Below the pieces are notes generated by a model, which was not told where the DNA came from, did no database searches, and was given only the letters and a program-made list of their open reading frames with translations. A program made the position numbers and the translations under genes. A stretch of DNA of 64,000 bases from an uncultured Acidobacteriota bacterium (GTDB lineage Bacteria > Acidobacteriota > Vicinamibacteria > Vicinamibacterales > CAVPJW01). The stretch spans positions 339,976 to 403,975 of the forward strand of contig CAVPJW010000003.1 of NCBI GenBank assembly GCA_963705525.1, written 5' to 3'. Shown in pieces: positions 1 to 8,053 of the stretch (its first letter is position 1; each line of letters begins with the position of its first letter).

Positions 1-439
1 AGTCGATGAGGTAGTCGGACACCGTGAAGAACGCCTGGTCGATGACGCGGGTGACCTGATTCGAGATCCATTGATAGGTGCCGCCGAACGCGCGGTTGGC
101 ATCGGGCTCGTCGGAGTCGTCGATCACACACCGCGTCGCCGTGGCCATGGCCGATGGATTGGCGACGGGAACCGCGATGAGGTTCCCGCGAAGATCGGCG
201 GGCGAGAGCCGCGTCAGCAGCTCGCGCAGAATCAGCACCGAGAACCATTCGTTCCCGTGCAGCATCGACAGCAGCAGCATCGTCGGCCCAGGCCGCACCC
301 CAGCGACCACGTGGGCCGAGATGCCCACGTCGTAGCAGAGATCGCGCGTGGCGGGCACACAGACGACCTGTCGCGTGCCGGGCGCGACATGGCGACCGAA
401 CACGGTCAGCCCGTTGGTGGAGGGAGTCGTTCGTGCCAA
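1..439 (-). CDS. succinylglutamate desuccinylase/aspartoacylase (AstE/AspA, M14-like) family protein, N-terminal part. The gene runs off the window edge.
   Basis: Own minus-strand translation (absent from the ORF track because there is no stop in the window). It runs from TTG 439: ...AGVRPGPTMLLLSMLHGNEWFSVLILRELL...VANPSAMATATRCVIDDSDEPDANRAFGG. The xHGNE metal-ligand motif is typical of this family. The gene starts 15 nt after the thrC stop. Confidence 0.5.
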   Translation of the reverse strand, partial: MARTTPSTNGLTVFGRHVAPGTRQVVCVPATRDLCYDVGISAHVVAGVRPGPTMLLLSMLHGNEWFSVLILRELLTRLSPADLRGNLIAVPVANPSAMATATRCVIDDSDEPDANRAFGGTYQWISNQVTRVIDQAFFTVSDYLID

Positions 440-453
440 CGGCTAACGCACTT

Positions 454-1716
454 TCACGATGCCGCGGCCGCCGCTGACACTGAGTCTGGGGCGCTGGCGA
501 GGATCGCCTCGAAGTCGCGCAGCGATTTTCCGATCGTGACGGGCTGCACCACCTGGCCCTGGACGACTTCAGTGGTCTTGTACCCGTTGCCGGTGATGCA
601 GACGACGATCGATTCGTCGCGCGGAATGACGCCGCGCTCGATGAGGTCGACCGCCGCCGCCAATGTCGTGCCTCCCGCCGGCTCCGTGAAGATGCCCTCG
701 GTCTCTGCGAGGAGCTGAATGGCGCCGATGATCGCCTCGTCAGGAACCATGGCGCCCCATCCGCCGCTCGCGCGCACGGTTTCAAGCACCTGGAATCCGT
801 CGGCGGGATTGCCAATCGCGATGGACTTGGCGATGGTTGCGGGCTTTACCGGCTCTGGCACCTCGAGCTGCTGAACGAGGGCACGCACGACAGGAGCGCA
901 TCCCGCTGCCTGCGCGGCATGGATACGCGGCAGCTCGCCATCGACGAGGCCCACTTCCCTGAGCTCGCGGAACGCACGGCCGATTCGGGGCAGGAGCGTG
1001 CCTCCCGCCACGGGCGACACGACGTGCTGGGGGAATCGCCAGCCGAGCTGTTCGGCGATTTCGAATCCCATCGTCTTTGCGCCCTCTGCGTAGTAGGTGC
1101 GGAGATTGATGTTGGCAAATCCCCAGCCGTACCGATCGGCGATCTCCGTGCACAGCCGGTTCACATCGTCGTAGTTCCCGCGAACGGCCACGAGGCGGGG
1201 ACGAAAGATCGCCGAGCCGAGGACCTTGCCGAGCTCGAGATCGTGGGGGATGAAGACGTAGCACTCGAGACCAAGCCGCGCGGCGTGAGCCGCAACGCTG
1301 CCCGCCAGGTTGCCCGTGGATGCACAGCTGAACACCGGGAACCCGAGCTCAACCGCGCGCGTCGCCGCAACCGACACCACCCGATCCTTGTAGGACAATG
1401 TCGGGTGGTTGACCGAATCATCTTTGATGTAGAGCTCGCGAACGCCAATGCGCTCGGCGAGTCTCGTTGCTCGAACGAGCGGCGTAAATCCCGACGACAG
1501 CCCTGTCCGTGGCTTGCCTTCGATCGGAAGAAGCTCCTGGTACCGCCAGAGATTTTTCGGGCGGCTCTCAATCAGATCGCGCGTCATCACGTCGGAGACC
1601 GCCGCATAGTCGTAGGTGACTTCGAGCGGGCCCAGGCATCGATCGCAAACCCACAACGCCTTCGCAGGAAAAGCTGTGTGGCACAAGTGGCAGCGGAGGC
1701 CAGTTACATGACTCAT
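454..1716 (-). CDS. thrC: threonine synthase
   Basis: N-terminal Cys-rich ribbon (RCHLCHTAFPAKALWVCDRC) and a PLP-enzyme core (LSYKDRVVSVAATRAVELG, ASTGNLAGSVAAHAARLG). I prefer the ATG at 1716 (MSHVTG...), which is preceded by GAAGAGGA, over the track start at 1746, which overlaps hom by 20 nt. Confidence 0.9.
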   Translation of the reverse strand: MSHVTGLRCHLCHTAFPAKALWVCDRCLGPLEVTYDYAAVSDVMTRDLIESRPKNLWRYQELLPIEGKPRTGLSSGFTPLVRATRLAERIGVRELYIKDDSVNHPTLSYKDRVVSVAATRAVELGFPVFSCASTGNLAGSVAAHAARLGLECYVFIPHDLELGKVLGSAIFRPRLVAVRGNYDDVNRLCTEIADRYGWGFANINLRTYYAEGAKTMGFEIAEQLGWRFPQHVVSPVAGGTLLPRIGRAFRELREVGLVDGELPRIHAAQAAGCAPVVRALVQQLEVPEPVKPATIAKSIAIGNPADGFQVLETVRASGGWGAMVPDEAIIGAIQLLAETEGIFTEPAGGTTLAAAVDLIERGVIPRDESIVVCITGNGYKTTEVVQGQVVQPVTIGKSLRDFEAILASAPDSVSAAAAAS

Positions 1717-1726
1717 CGCATCCTCT

Positions 1727-2986
1727 TCACGCGCGACTGCCGACAAACGGCAGGCAAACGGGGCGTTCCGTTAGCTCGAGCCCCTTCCAGAGCGCATCAG
1801 CGAGCCGATCGACCGCCGCAAGCGGACAAGGCGCCAGCATCACGACCGCCGAACCCTCGGACTCAGGGCCCGGTTTCTGAAGCACCCGGTCGATCGCGAC
1901 CGCGGAACTCGAAAGAATAGCCCGAAATCCGGGCTCGGAGTCCAGTTCCTCTGAGGTCCTGAGTCGCAGATACCAGGGGCCCGTGAAGGCGCCCTCGACC
2001 CGGGAAAACTCCATCGGCAGTGGCGCGAGCCTCGAGCCGTTGCCGGTATGCCGCAGAACGGCAAGGAGATCCGAGACTACCGCCGACGCGGTCGCCTCCC
2101 CTCCCGCCCCGGGCCCGGTCAGCGAAATCTCCCCCGTCAGTTCACTGTTTATGACGACGACGTTCTGCCCGTCGCGCGTCGCGGCAAATGGCGACGCTTC
2201 AGGGACGAGGGCCGGCGAGACCCAGGCCAGAACGGACTCGCCCTGTCGCTCGACCCACGACACCTGTCGGACGGCGCACGTCAGCCGAGTCGCCCAGGCG
2301 AGATCCACAGCCTTGATGGGTGCGATCGAGCGCGCAGGAATCTCTGCCGGACTGAGCCGCCGTCCGAGTCCGACGCTGGCCAGAATCGCCAGCTTCGCTC
2401 GCGCGTCAATTCCAGACAGGTCGTCGGCCGGATCCGACTCCGCGAACCCGCGAGCCTGCGCTTCGCGGAGCGCGTCTTCGAACGTCAGGTTCCCGTCGCT
2501 CATGCGCGTGAGGATGAAGTTGCACGTCCCGTTCAAAATGCCGGCGATCCGGTGAATGCGATCGCCCGCAAGACCTTCTCTGATGCTGCGAATGACCGGA
2601 ATGCCGCCGGCAACCGCGGCTTCGAACGCCAGCTCGACGCCGTGCCGCCTCGCGAGATCCTCGAGCTCCGCGCCCGAGTCGGCCACGAGCTGCTTGTTGG
2701 CCGTGACGACCGACTTCCCCGTCGTCAACGCTTTCCGGATCCACTCCCCGGCAGGCGTCAACCCACCGACGACCTCGACGACGATGTCGACATCGGAGGA
2801 GAGCACATCCTCGAACCGCTCGGTCCACGTGACGTGGGGCGGAACCCAGTCAACCTTCTTCCGTCCGACATCGCGGTTGAAGATGACGGCGAGCTCCAGG
2901 TCGCGCGCTCGGCCGGTGGTCAACGACTTCGCGACAGATCGGCCCACGGTGCCAAATCCGGCGATCGCAACCCTGGCCTTTCTCAT
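1727..2986 (-). CDS. hom: homoserine dehydrogenase
   Basis: MRKARVAIAGFGTVGRSV Rossmann N-terminus, SVVTANKQLVA, and the GIPVIRSIREGLAGDRIHRIAGILNGTCNFIL signature, with an ACT-like C-terminus. 4-nt ATGA overlap with lysC. Confidence 0.9.
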   Translation of the reverse strand: MRKARVAIAGFGTVGRSVAKSLTTGRARDLELAVIFNRDVGRKKVDWVPPHVTWTERFEDVLSSDVDIVVEVVGGLTPAGEWIRKALTTGKSVVTANKQLVADSGAELEDLARRHGVELAFEAAVAGGIPVIRSIREGLAGDRIHRIAGILNGTCNFILTRMSDGNLTFEDALREAQARGFAESDPADDLSGIDARAKLAILASVGLGRRLSPAEIPARSIAPIKAVDLAWATRLTCAVRQVSWVERQGESVLAWVSPALVPEASPFAATRDGQNVVVINSELTGEISLTGPGAGGEATASAVVSDLLAVLRHTGNGSRLAPLPMEFSRVEGAFTGPWYLRLRTSEELDSEPGFRAILSSSAVAIDRVLQKPGPESEGSAVVMLAPCPLAAVDRLADALWKGLELTERPVCLPFVGSRA

Positions 2987-4404
2987 ACGCCGTGCCCGTA
3001 CCCGCGGGGCGCCACCACGGCATCCTCACCGAAGAATCGATCGTGCAGCCGTGTGATGACGGCGGGCATCTCGTTCTGATGAACGAGCAACGCGATCGAT
3101 TGTCCTGGCGGCGGCTGACTGATCAGGTGCACCGGCACTCCTCGGAGCGCAGCCAGCACGTCGGCGAAGACTGCCGGATCCGGTCGAGCGCCTCCACTGA
3201 CAGCACAGACGAGCGCCATGTCCGATTGCCAGGTCACATCCGCTACGGCGGAGAGTCCGTCGAGGATCTCCGCCAGGCGGCGGACATCCTCGATGGCAAC
3301 CGACACGTGGAGGTCGGACGCCGCCATCGTCGTGACAGGTGTCGCGTGACGCTCAAATTCGTCGACAACTCGCCTGAGAAACTGCTGCGATCTGAGGGTT
3401 CCGCAGCACGTGATGTCGAGTACCGTCAGTGACCGCTTGCCGGCGAGGGCGATGACGCGCGTGGCGTCCGCACGGGACGATGCCGTGATCAGCGTGCCAC
3501 GACTGCCAGGCTGCCGCGAATTGAGCACGCGGACCGGAATGTTGTGCTCGACGGCCGGTTCGATCGTCGCCGGATGCAGCACCTTGGCGCCGAACCTCGC
3601 GAGCTCGTAAGCTTCCCTGAACGACAGCAGGGCCACCGGGCGCGGTCGTGCGACGACGCGCGGATCGGCGGTCAACACCCCGTCCACGTCGGTCCAGATC
3701 TGTATTTCGCGTGCGTCGAGACAGGCGCCGAGAATCGCGGCCGAGTAGTCCGAGCCTCCACGGCCGAGTGTGGTCGTCGCTCCAGAAACACTAGCACCCA
3801 CGAAACCACCGACGACGGGAACGTATCCATGTTCGAGGTACGGGCTGAGTTCAAGACCGACGCGCGCCCGCGTCTCCGCCATCAGCGGTCTGGCGTGCGA
3901 AAACTCATCATCGGTGACCAGGACGCGGCGCGCATCCACCCACACACCGCGGAGTCCCGCATCTTCGAGTGCGGCGGCGACGATCTGACTGCTCAAAAGT
4001 TCTCCGGCCGCGGCCACGCGATCCGAGAGCCTCACCGACAGTTCGCCCACGGTCACGATCGTGCCGAGGTCGTCGTCGAGATCATTGAGGGTCCTGCGCA
4101 GCCGTCGGATCAACGCGGACCGTCGAACCGGGTCGGCCACGGCCGCCGCCGCTCCGTGATGACGGTGCTCGATGTCGGTGAGCTCGCGACCTGCGGCGCC
4201 GCCTAAGCCGGTCGCCGCGAGCTCCGCCATGGCGAGCAGCCGATCCGTGATTCCGGCAAGCGCCGACACCACGACGACGCGAGGTGCTGAACGCCGCGCG
4301 GTGATGTTGATCAGGCGGCGAATCGCTTCCGCGTCGGCAACCGACGTGCCGCCAAACTTCATCACCAGCGGTTGCGCCCGATCAGTCAAGCCATCCCTCC
4401 GCAT
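2983..4404 (-). CDS. lysC: aspartate kinase (the start is uncertain: ATG 4404, TTG 4389 behind GGAGG, or ATG 4362 giving MKFGG)
   Basis: VMKFGGTSVADAEAI, GRGGSDYSAAILGA, and a C-terminal ACT region. It lies between asd and hom. Confidence 0.9.
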   Translation of the reverse strand: MRRDGLTDRAQPLVMKFGGTSVADAEAIRRLINITARRSAPRVVVVSALAGITDRLLAMAELAATGLGGAAGRELTDIEHRHHGAAAAVADPVRRSALIRRLRRTLNDLDDDLGTIVTVGELSVRLSDRVAAAGELLSSQIVAAALEDAGLRGVWVDARRVLVTDDEFSHARPLMAETRARVGLELSPYLEHGYVPVVGGFVGASVSGATTTLGRGGSDYSAAILGACLDAREIQIWTDVDGVLTADPRVVARPRPVALLSFREAYELARFGAKVLHPATIEPAVEHNIPVRVLNSRQPGSRGTLITASSRADATRVIALAGKRSLTVLDITCCGTLRSQQFLRRVVDEFERHATPVTTMAASDLHVSVAIEDVRRLAEILDGLSAVADVTWQSDMALVCAVSGGARPDPAVFADVLAALRGVPVHLISQPPPGQSIALLVHQNEMPAVITRLHDRFFGEDAVVAPRGYGHGV

Positions 4405-5437
4405 ACATCAGCTCCGCGTTGAGCAGGGCGGCGCCAGCCGCTCCGCGAACCGTGTTGTGGCCAAGGACCACGAACTTCACGTCGAGCACCGGGCAGGATC
4501 GCAGTCTGCCGACGTGAACAACCATGCCACCATCCCGTTCCGCATCGAGTCGCGGCTGCGGCCTGTCCGACTCGTCGCGGTACACGATGGGTCGCGACGG
4601 CGCGCTCGGCAGTTTCAGCTGCTGGGGAAGACCGGAGAACTCGACGAATGCTCTACGCACGTCATCGATGGGCACCCTTCGATCGAACCCCACGGCGACG
4701 AGCTCGGTGTGGCCGTCGACAACCGGAACTCTCGTCGTCTGGGCGCTGATGGTGACGGCGTCTGGCTCCACGCTGTCGTCCAATAGGCGTCCAAGAATCT
4801 TCTGTGGCTCGGACTCGAGCTTCTGTTCCTCTCCGTCTATGGCAGGGATGACGTTGCCGATGATGTCGAGCGATGCGACGCCCGGATACCCGGCCCCCGA
4901 CGCTGCCTGCAGCGTGGTCACGCTGACGACCCGCGGTTGAAACGGGCGGAGAGCCGCGAGCGCCATCGTGAGAAAGACAGTGGAGCAGTTCGGGTTGGTC
5001 ACGATTGCGCCGCGCCACCCTGACTCGCGGCGTTGCGCCGAGAGCAGTCCCAGGTGATCGGGATTGACCTCCGGAATGAGCAATGGCACGCGCGCGTCCA
5101 TCCGGTGGTTGCGCGCATTGCTGACGACGATGTGGCCCGCCCGCGCGAAGGCTTCTTCCACCGGCCCCGCCACGGATGAATCAAGGGCCGAGAACAGCAG
5201 CCGTGGCGCGACGCCGGGCTCGGGCCTCTCGACGGCGAGATTGCGCACGCCCTCGGGCATCACACGGGGCAACCGCCATGGCAGCTCCTCGTACAAACGC
5301 CCTTCCGATCGCTGACTCGCCCCCAGCCACGCAACGCGGAAAAACGGATGCCCGTCCAGGCGGGACACGAGCTGCTGGCCCACGGCGCCGGTGGCGCCGA
5401 GGACGCCGACGTCTATCGGTAAGGGTTCAGATGACAT
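4382..5437 (-). CDS. asd: aspartate-semialdehyde dehydrogenase
   Basis: VGVLGATGAVGQQLV, active-site TNPNCSTV, and HTELVAV. GGAGAA Shine-Dalgarno at 5446..5441. Confidence 0.9.
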   Translation of the reverse strand: MSSEPLPIDVGVLGATGAVGQQLVSRLDGHPFFRVAWLGASQRSEGRLYEELPWRLPRVMPEGVRNLAVERPEPGVAPRLLFSALDSSVAGPVEEAFARAGHIVVSNARNHRMDARVPLLIPEVNPDHLGLLSAQRRESGWRGAIVTNPNCSTVFLTMALAALRPFQPRVVSVTTLQAASGAGYPGVASLDIIGNVIPAIDGEEQKLESEPQKILGRLLDDSVEPDAVTISAQTTRVPVVDGHTELVAVGFDRRVPIDDVRRAFVEFSGLPQQLKLPSAPSRPIVYRDESDRPQPRLDAERDGGMVVHVGRLRSCPVLDVKFVVLGHNTVRGAAGAALLNAELMYAEGWLD

Positions 5438-5451
5438 CAGTTCTCCAGAGC

Positions 5452-5485
5452 AAAAAAAAACCCGCCGACCGTTGGGTCGGCGGGT
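5452..5485 (-). terminator. intrinsic terminator / candidate attenuator hairpin immediately upstream of asd
   Basis: Minus strand: ACCCGCCGACC-CAAC-GGTCGGCGGGT, an 11-bp perfect stem, followed by a run of 9 T. The run ends 14 nt before the asd ATG. Confidence 0.75.
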
Positions 5486-5533
5486 CCTGGTTGCTCGTTC
5501 TTGTCTGTCTGGCTTCTGGCTTTTCCGAACTAT

Positions 5534-5629
5534 TTACGCGTCGAGCACGCGGACACCACCGACCGGGCAAATTCGCATAATGCGAATTCGCATGACCATG
5601 GCGGTGAGGGTGGTGGTCGTGCGCGTCAC
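5534..5629 (-). promoter_or_regulatory. candidate leader-peptide ORF (31 codons, Thr/Ile/Met-rich)
   Basis: GTG 5629 to TAA 5534 encodes VTRTTTTLTAMVMRIRIMRICPVGGVRVLDA. The same frame is also open from ATG 5686 (50 codons). No clear Shine-Dalgarno. The predicted transcription start of the adjacent promoter falls next to the GTG. Confidence 0.35.
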
Positions 5630-5637
5630 TAGAGGCA

Positions 5638-5667
5638 AGTATAGGTGCCCGCCCAAGGTCCGGTCAA
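5638..5667 (-). promoter_or_regulatory. sigma70-like promoter, TTGACC-N18-TATACT
   Basis: Minus strand: TTGACC at 5667..5662 and TATACT at 5643..5638, with an 18-nt spacer. It lies between the amidohydrolase stop and the terminator. Confidence 0.45.
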
Positions 5668-5705
5668 CCCCGGGTCTTGTAAACATTTGTCATTCCGCAA
5701 AGGGC

Positions 5706-7415
5706 TCAATGGCTGGCGTTCGGGCTGGATCGATCGAACATGACCTTTCCTCCCACGACCGTCATCATCACCCTGGCCTGCCTGATGTTCTCAGGAGCCA
5801 TCTGACGCAGGTCCTGATCGATGACGACGAAGTCGGGAAGACGGCCCACGGTGAGCGCGCCCTTTCGCTGCTCCTCGAACGATGCGTACGCGGCCGTTCC
5901 GGTGTAGGCCTCGAGTGCCTGTTCGACGGAGATCTTCTGTTCGGGCACCCAACCCTGCGGCGTCTTGTCGTCGATCGTGCGCCGCGTGACGGCGGCGTAG
6001 ATGCCTTCGAGGGGCATCGGCGGCGCGACGAACCAGTCGCTGCCAAACGACACGCGCGCATTCGCGTCAAGCAGCGATTTGAAAGCGTAGGTTGTCTTGA
6101 TGCGTACCGGCCCAATCACTTTCTCGGCCCATCGTCCGTCATCGATGGCGTGGTACGGCTGCATGCTGGCGATGACACCGAGGTCGTGGAATCGGGGAAT
6201 GTCGCCGGGCAGCAGATGCTGAGCGTGCTCGATGCGGAACCGACGATCTCGCGCACCGTCTTCCTGTTCGACCCGCTGGTAGATGTCGAGCAACGTCCTG
6301 TTGGCCCGGTCGCCAATCGCGTGCACCACGACGTGAAGTCCGGCCTTGTCGGCGCCGGAAATCCATGCGTAGAGATTCTCCGGTGTATTCACAAAGAAGC
6401 CGCGATCCTTCGGCGCGTCGGTGAACGGCTCTTCGAACGCCGCCGTGTGTGATCCGAGCGAACCGTCCACAAATCCCTTGAGCGCACCGATGCGCAGCCA
6501 CTCGTCGCCACGCCCATCGGGTCCGTACTCCTTCGACTGGACGACGTCACGAAGACGCTCCCACGTCGCGAGCGGGACCGCGGCGTAGATGCGCGTCCGG
6601 AGTCGTCCCGCCTTGCGCGCGCGCGTGAATGTGGCGAGATCGTCCCAGGTTCCCATGTGATGAACTGACGTCACGCCCTGCTCTGCCACGTAGCGCATGG
6701 CAGCATCGAGCGCGCGGTCGCTCATCTCCGCCGAAGGCGGCGGCACGACCTTGTCCACCATCCCCATGGCGTTGTCTTTCAGAATCCCCGTGGGTTCGCC
6801 GCTCGCGCCCCGGACAATCGTCCCGCCTGATACGTCCTTCGTCGTCTTATCTACGCCGGCCGCCTCGAGCGCGGCGCTGTTGGCCAGAGCCATGTGGCCG
6901 TCGAGGCGATTCACCCAGACCGGATTCTGCTTCGTCGCCTCGTCTATCCATTCACGTCGAGGCAGCTCGCCGCCCCAAAGCTGATGGTCCCAGTCACCTC
7001 CGGTGATCCAGGTGCCGGAAGGTACAGTCGCCGCGAAGTCCTTGATCCGCCTGGAGAATTCTTCGGGCGTCTTCGCGTCGCGCAGCTGAACGGACGCCAG
7101 ACGGAATCCGCCGTCGGTGAAGTGCACATGGGTATCGATAAATCCGGGCACGAGCATCCGCCCGTGCGCATCGACGATCGTTGCGCCGGCCGACATCCGT
7201 CGAATCTTGTCGCTCGTGCCGACTCCGACGATTTCGGCATCGTTCACCGCAATCGCCTCGGCCGAGGGATGGGTGCTGTCTCCCGTCCAAACCCGTGCAT
7301 TGACGACCGCGAGCGTGACGCGCGCGGAGGAAACCGGAGCCTGTGCTGGCGGCGTCGCACAGCCATTCAGGAGACAAACAAAAACAACGCCGAGCGAGAG
7401 TCGCGTCATGACCAT
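5706..7415 (-). CDS. amidohydrolase family protein (YtcJ-like, amidohydrolase_3), secreted and possibly a lipoprotein
   Basis: VPGFIDTHVHF metal-binding motif, HAIGDRANR, RIEHAQHL and FGSDW. N-terminal signal MVMTRLSLGVVFVCLLNGC. Confidence 0.85.
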   Translation of the reverse strand: MVMTRLSLGVVFVCLLNGCATPPAQAPVSSARVTLAVVNARVWTGDSTHPSAEAIAVNDAEIVGVGTSDKIRRMSAGATIVDAHGRMLVPGFIDTHVHFTDGGFRLASVQLRDAKTPEEFSRRIKDFAATVPSGTWITGGDWDHQLWGGELPRREWIDEATKQNPVWVNRLDGHMALANSAALEAAGVDKTTKDVSGGTIVRGASGEPTGILKDNAMGMVDKVVPPPSAEMSDRALDAAMRYVAEQGVTSVHHMGTWDDLATFTRARKAGRLRTRIYAAVPLATWERLRDVVQSKEYGPDGRGDEWLRIGALKGFVDGSLGSHTAAFEEPFTDAPKDRGFFVNTPENLYAWISGADKAGLHVVVHAIGDRANRTLLDIYQRVEQEDGARDRRFRIEHAQHLLPGDIPRFHDLGVIASMQPYHAIDDGRWAEKVIGPVRIKTTYAFKSLLDANARVSFGSDWFVAPPMPLEGIYAAVTRRTIDDKTPQGWVPEQKISVEQALEAYTGTAAYASFEEQRKGALTVGRLPDFVVIDQDLRQMAPENIRQARVMMTVVGGKVMFDRSSPNASH

Positions 7416-7503
7416 GGTGCATCCTCGCTATAATCTCCCTTCACGGTCAAGTGGGCCGCGGACGCGGCCCGCCCTCGTCAACTCCTTCTGCTCAGAGGCG
7501 CTT

Positions 7504-7974
7504 ATGAAATCACGTGCTGGTCTTGCGGTGCTCGCCTGCGGTTGTCTCGCCCTCTTTGCGTTCGTGAACGGGTCCCGCGCTGCCGCGCAATCGGCCGACA
7601 AGAAGGCGCTCATGGGCGTCATCAAGCCGATCGGACCTTACTCACCAGGCGTTTCCACCGGCAACATGGTGTTTCTGGCCGGCCAAATCGGCATGGATCC
7701 TTCGACGAACACGCTCGTCACCGGAGGCATCAAGGCCGAGACGAAACAGGCGATGGAGAACCTCGGCAAGGTTCTGCAGGAAGCGGGGCTCGGGTATCAG
7801 AACGTGGTGAAGGCCACGATCTTCCTCGCCGACATCAAAGAGTTTGCGGACATGAACGAAGTGTACGGTTCGTTCTTCCCGGCGGGAGGCACGCCGCCGG
7901 CCAGGTCAACGGTGCAGGTGGCGGCGATTCCGCGCGGGGCGCACGTCGAAATCGACTTCATCGCGGTCCGGTAA
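7504..7974 (+). CDS. RidA/YjgF family protein with an N-terminal signal peptide
   Basis: MKSRAGLAVLACGCLALFAFVNGSRAAAQ is followed by a RidA core (GPYSPGVSTGNMVFLAGQIG, KATIFLADIKEFADMNEVY, PARSTVQVAAIPRGAHVEID). The real start is internal to track ORF 7117..7974. Confidence 0.85.
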   Translation: MKSRAGLAVLACGCLALFAFVNGSRAAAQSADKKALMGVIKPIGPYSPGVSTGNMVFLAGQIGMDPSTNTLVTGGIKAETKQAMENLGKVLQEAGLGYQNVVKATIFLADIKEFADMNEVYGSFFPAGGTPPARSTVQVAAIPRGAHVEIDFIAVR

Positions 7975-8053
7975 GGAATTCAGGTCCGCCCTTTCAATGC
8001 CCGCGTTGGCCGCGCGCGCGGAACAAATCTCGCAGGCCCGTGTCAATAACCAC

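Noticed and set aside
71-718. Track ORF 71..718 (+), 215 aa, at the left edge.
   Set aside because: It overlaps the 3' end of thrC and the better-supported minus-strand AstE/AspA-like partial gene (HGNE motif). Its translation has no recognisable features.
919-1920. Long ORFs antisense to, or out of frame with, the called genes. Examples: 919..1920 +, 2048..3079 +, 5391..6452 +, 9681..10607 -, 11258..12307 -, 15917..17167 +, 24953..26224 -, 27458..28798 -, 29973..31250 -, 37763..39004 +, 44244..45290 -, 45327..46292 -, 51991..53139 +, 52988..54337 +, 60984..61898 -.
   Set aside because: They are Arg/Pro/Gly/Ala-rich low-complexity translations without any family motif. Each mirrors a gene with clear domain signatures on the other strand or frame. 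This is the expected artefact of stop-codon-poor high-GC DNA.
7453-7470. GC-rich dyad GGGCCGCG-GA-CGCGGCCC in the RidA 5' region.
   Set aside because: It is a short GC palindrome with a sterically impossible 2-nt loop and no U-tract. Such dyads are frequent by chance at this GC content.
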